Of a DNA stretch of 32,928 nucleotides, positions 31,890 to 32,928 are shown one piece after another. Source of the stretch: an uncultured Bacilli bacterium (GTDB lineage Bacteria; Bacillota_I; Bacilli_A; RFN20; CAG-288); the NCBI GenBank assembly GCA_934700375.1, contig CAKUXT010000002.1, positions 1 to 32,928 on the forward strand, given 5' to 3'. How positions within the stretch are numbered: position 1 is the stretch's first letter; every line of letters starts with the position of its first letter. The notes under the pieces are model-generated. The model saw only the letters and a list, made by a program, of their open reading frames with translations. It had not been told where the DNA came from and did no database searches. Position numbers and translations under genes: made by a program.

Positions 31890-32928
31890 TCACTCGTCTT
31901 CCTCGCCATACGTGATCTCGTCAGCCAAAATCTCATAATTCGTCTTTCCGTTGAAGCTATTCTTTCGCATCGTTCCATGGAAGACAAAATAAGAAGCCAT
32001 GCTGTTATTGATCAGTGCAGCATCCTTAAAGCAGCAAAGTCTTCCGCCTTTTCCATTGTCTTTGGAAAAGACAGCGTTGCCGTTTTTGGAGAAGACAAGG
32101 TCCTCTTTCTCGACAGTAAGAGAAAACTTCGGTTCTTCAAATCCTTCTCCGAAAGGCATGAAGGATTCATAGATCTCGTAGTTTTCCTGATTCAGATCCT
32201 CTAAGACCAGAGCGATTTCCTTATCTTCCTTATGGACGGAGAAAGACTGCATGACACAATCGGAAGCAAAAAGGGTAGCGACCTGGAAATAATCTTTCTC
32301 CTGGATTGTGACACCGGCTGCGCGCGGATGTCCGCCATGACGGATGAAGTACTTTTTATTTTTTTCGATAAAAGAGAGGGCATTGTATCCGTCAGGAACA
32401 CGGATAGAACCGACAAGTTCTTTTTCGTTCTGCTCTGAACGAGCAAAGACGATGGTCGGGCAGTTCTTCTCTCTCATCAGCTTGTTGGCAAAAGAGCCAG
32501 AGAGGCCTGAATAGCCGTCACAGAGAAAGACTCTCGCATGTTCGGATTCGACAGGATAAGAGAAGGTCATCGATTTGATGATATTCTTTCTCTCTTCGTT
32601 TGTTCTGACAATCTCAGAAGCAAATTTGACCATTCTTTCAGAGTTTCTGTTCTCAAGGAGGAAGCCGACGACATGATTGGTCGATAGCATGTCCTTGGCG
32701 ATTCTTCCAGGGGCATTCAAGGCAGGGTTCAAGGTGAAATTGATGGAATGATAGGAGATATCTCCATTTAACATCCTGACTAAATTCGGATACTTGTTTT
32801 CCACTAATTTAGCAAGCATGATCTTTGCCATGACAAGATTGTTGCCGACTAACGGCATGACATCGGAAAACACGGCTAGACCTGCAAGAACGGCATCATA
32901 GGCATCATATTTCTTTCTTATGTAGGAT
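31890..32928 (-). CDS. recJ: Single-stranded-DNA-specific exonuclease RecJ. The N-terminal part runs off the right window edge.
   Basis: The reading frame stays open upstream of the track start: hand translation of 32928-32874 gives SYIRKKYDAYDAVLAGLA, followed by VFSDVMPLVGNN. The DHHA1 motif GGHPRAAG is present. Confidence 0.85.
   Translation of the reverse strand, partial: SYIRKKYDAYDAVLAGLAVFSDVMPLVGNNLVMAKIMLAKLVENKYPNLVRMLNGDISYHSINFTLNPALNAPGRIAKDMLSTNHVVGFLLENRNSERMVKFASEIVRTNEERKNIIKSMTFSYPVESEHARVFLCDGYSGLSGSFANKLMREKNCPTIVFARSEQNEKELVGSIRVPDGYNALSFIEKNKKYFIRHGGHPRAAGVTIQEKDYFQVATLFASDCVMQSFSVHKEDKEIALVLEDLNQENYEIYESFMPFGEGFEEPKFSLTVEKEDLVFSKNGNAVFSKDNGKGGRLCCFKDAALINNSMASYFVFHGTMRKNSFNGKTNYEILADEITYGEEDE

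Noticed and set aside
1-32928. recJ at the right edge and apt-rel at the left edge are contiguous (recJ-apt-relA) in Bacillus. This could suggest that the 29.6 kb in between is an insertion or island.
   Set aside because: The intervening DNA consists of core, single-copy housekeeping operons. It has no integrase, repeats or tRNA at the borders. Ordinary chromosomal rearrangement or a different ancestral order explains it better.
1-32928. Possibility of Mollicute-type genetic code 4 (TGA = Trp), given the reduced dcw cluster and missing T-boxes.
   Set aside because: All recognisable genes are full-length under the standard code. Several end at TGA exactly where homologues end (era, ybeY-cdd, dnaB, thyX, pheT, trmK).

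Overview
The window is a 32.9-kb chromosomal stretch of core housekeeping genes from a low-GC Gram-positive bacterium (Bacillota-like). It uses the standard genetic code: TGA acts as a stop and all recognisable genes are intact. I recognise 28 protein-coding genes, 24 on the minus strand and 4 on the plus strand, and gene order partly mirrors the Bacillus ybeY-cdd-era-recO-glyQS-dnaG-sigA-trmK-nif3 region. From left to right they are:
- rel (partial), apt, ispH(+), an extra sigma-70 paralog, nif3-family, trmK, sigA, dnaG, glyQS, recO, era and a ybeY-cdd fusion
- an orphan C39-peptidase membrane protein, dnaI-like, and dnaB (DnaD-family)
- pyk(+), a ROK kinase(+), and thrS(+)
- ftsL-like, rsmH, mraZ, then a 620-bp non-coding island
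- yceD, thyX, pheT, pheS, ftsZ, ftsA-like, divIB/ftsQ-like, and recJ (partial)

I found no rRNA, tRNA, CRISPR array, transposase or integrase, and no recognisable defence or mobile island. I cannot point to a clear multi-gene novel system. The most unusual items are:
- the gene-free yceD-mraZ island, which has four terminator-like hairpins, an elaborate GTGGG (MraZ-box) array and candidate small RNAs
- an orphan C39 peptidase plus 6-TM protein with no ATPase or substrate gene, inserted in a conserved operon
- a DnaI-like loader with degenerate Walker A/B motifs
- a YbeY-Cdd fusion
- a second full-length sigma-70 with altered -10 recognition residues
- an FtsZ with a long acidic tail after the conserved C-terminal peptide, next to an FtsA-like protein with degenerate nucleotide-binding motifs
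- two leaderless-mRNA geometries and two Shine-Dalgarno-sequestering terminator hairpins

All calls come from reading the sequence and translations by eye. No database search was run.
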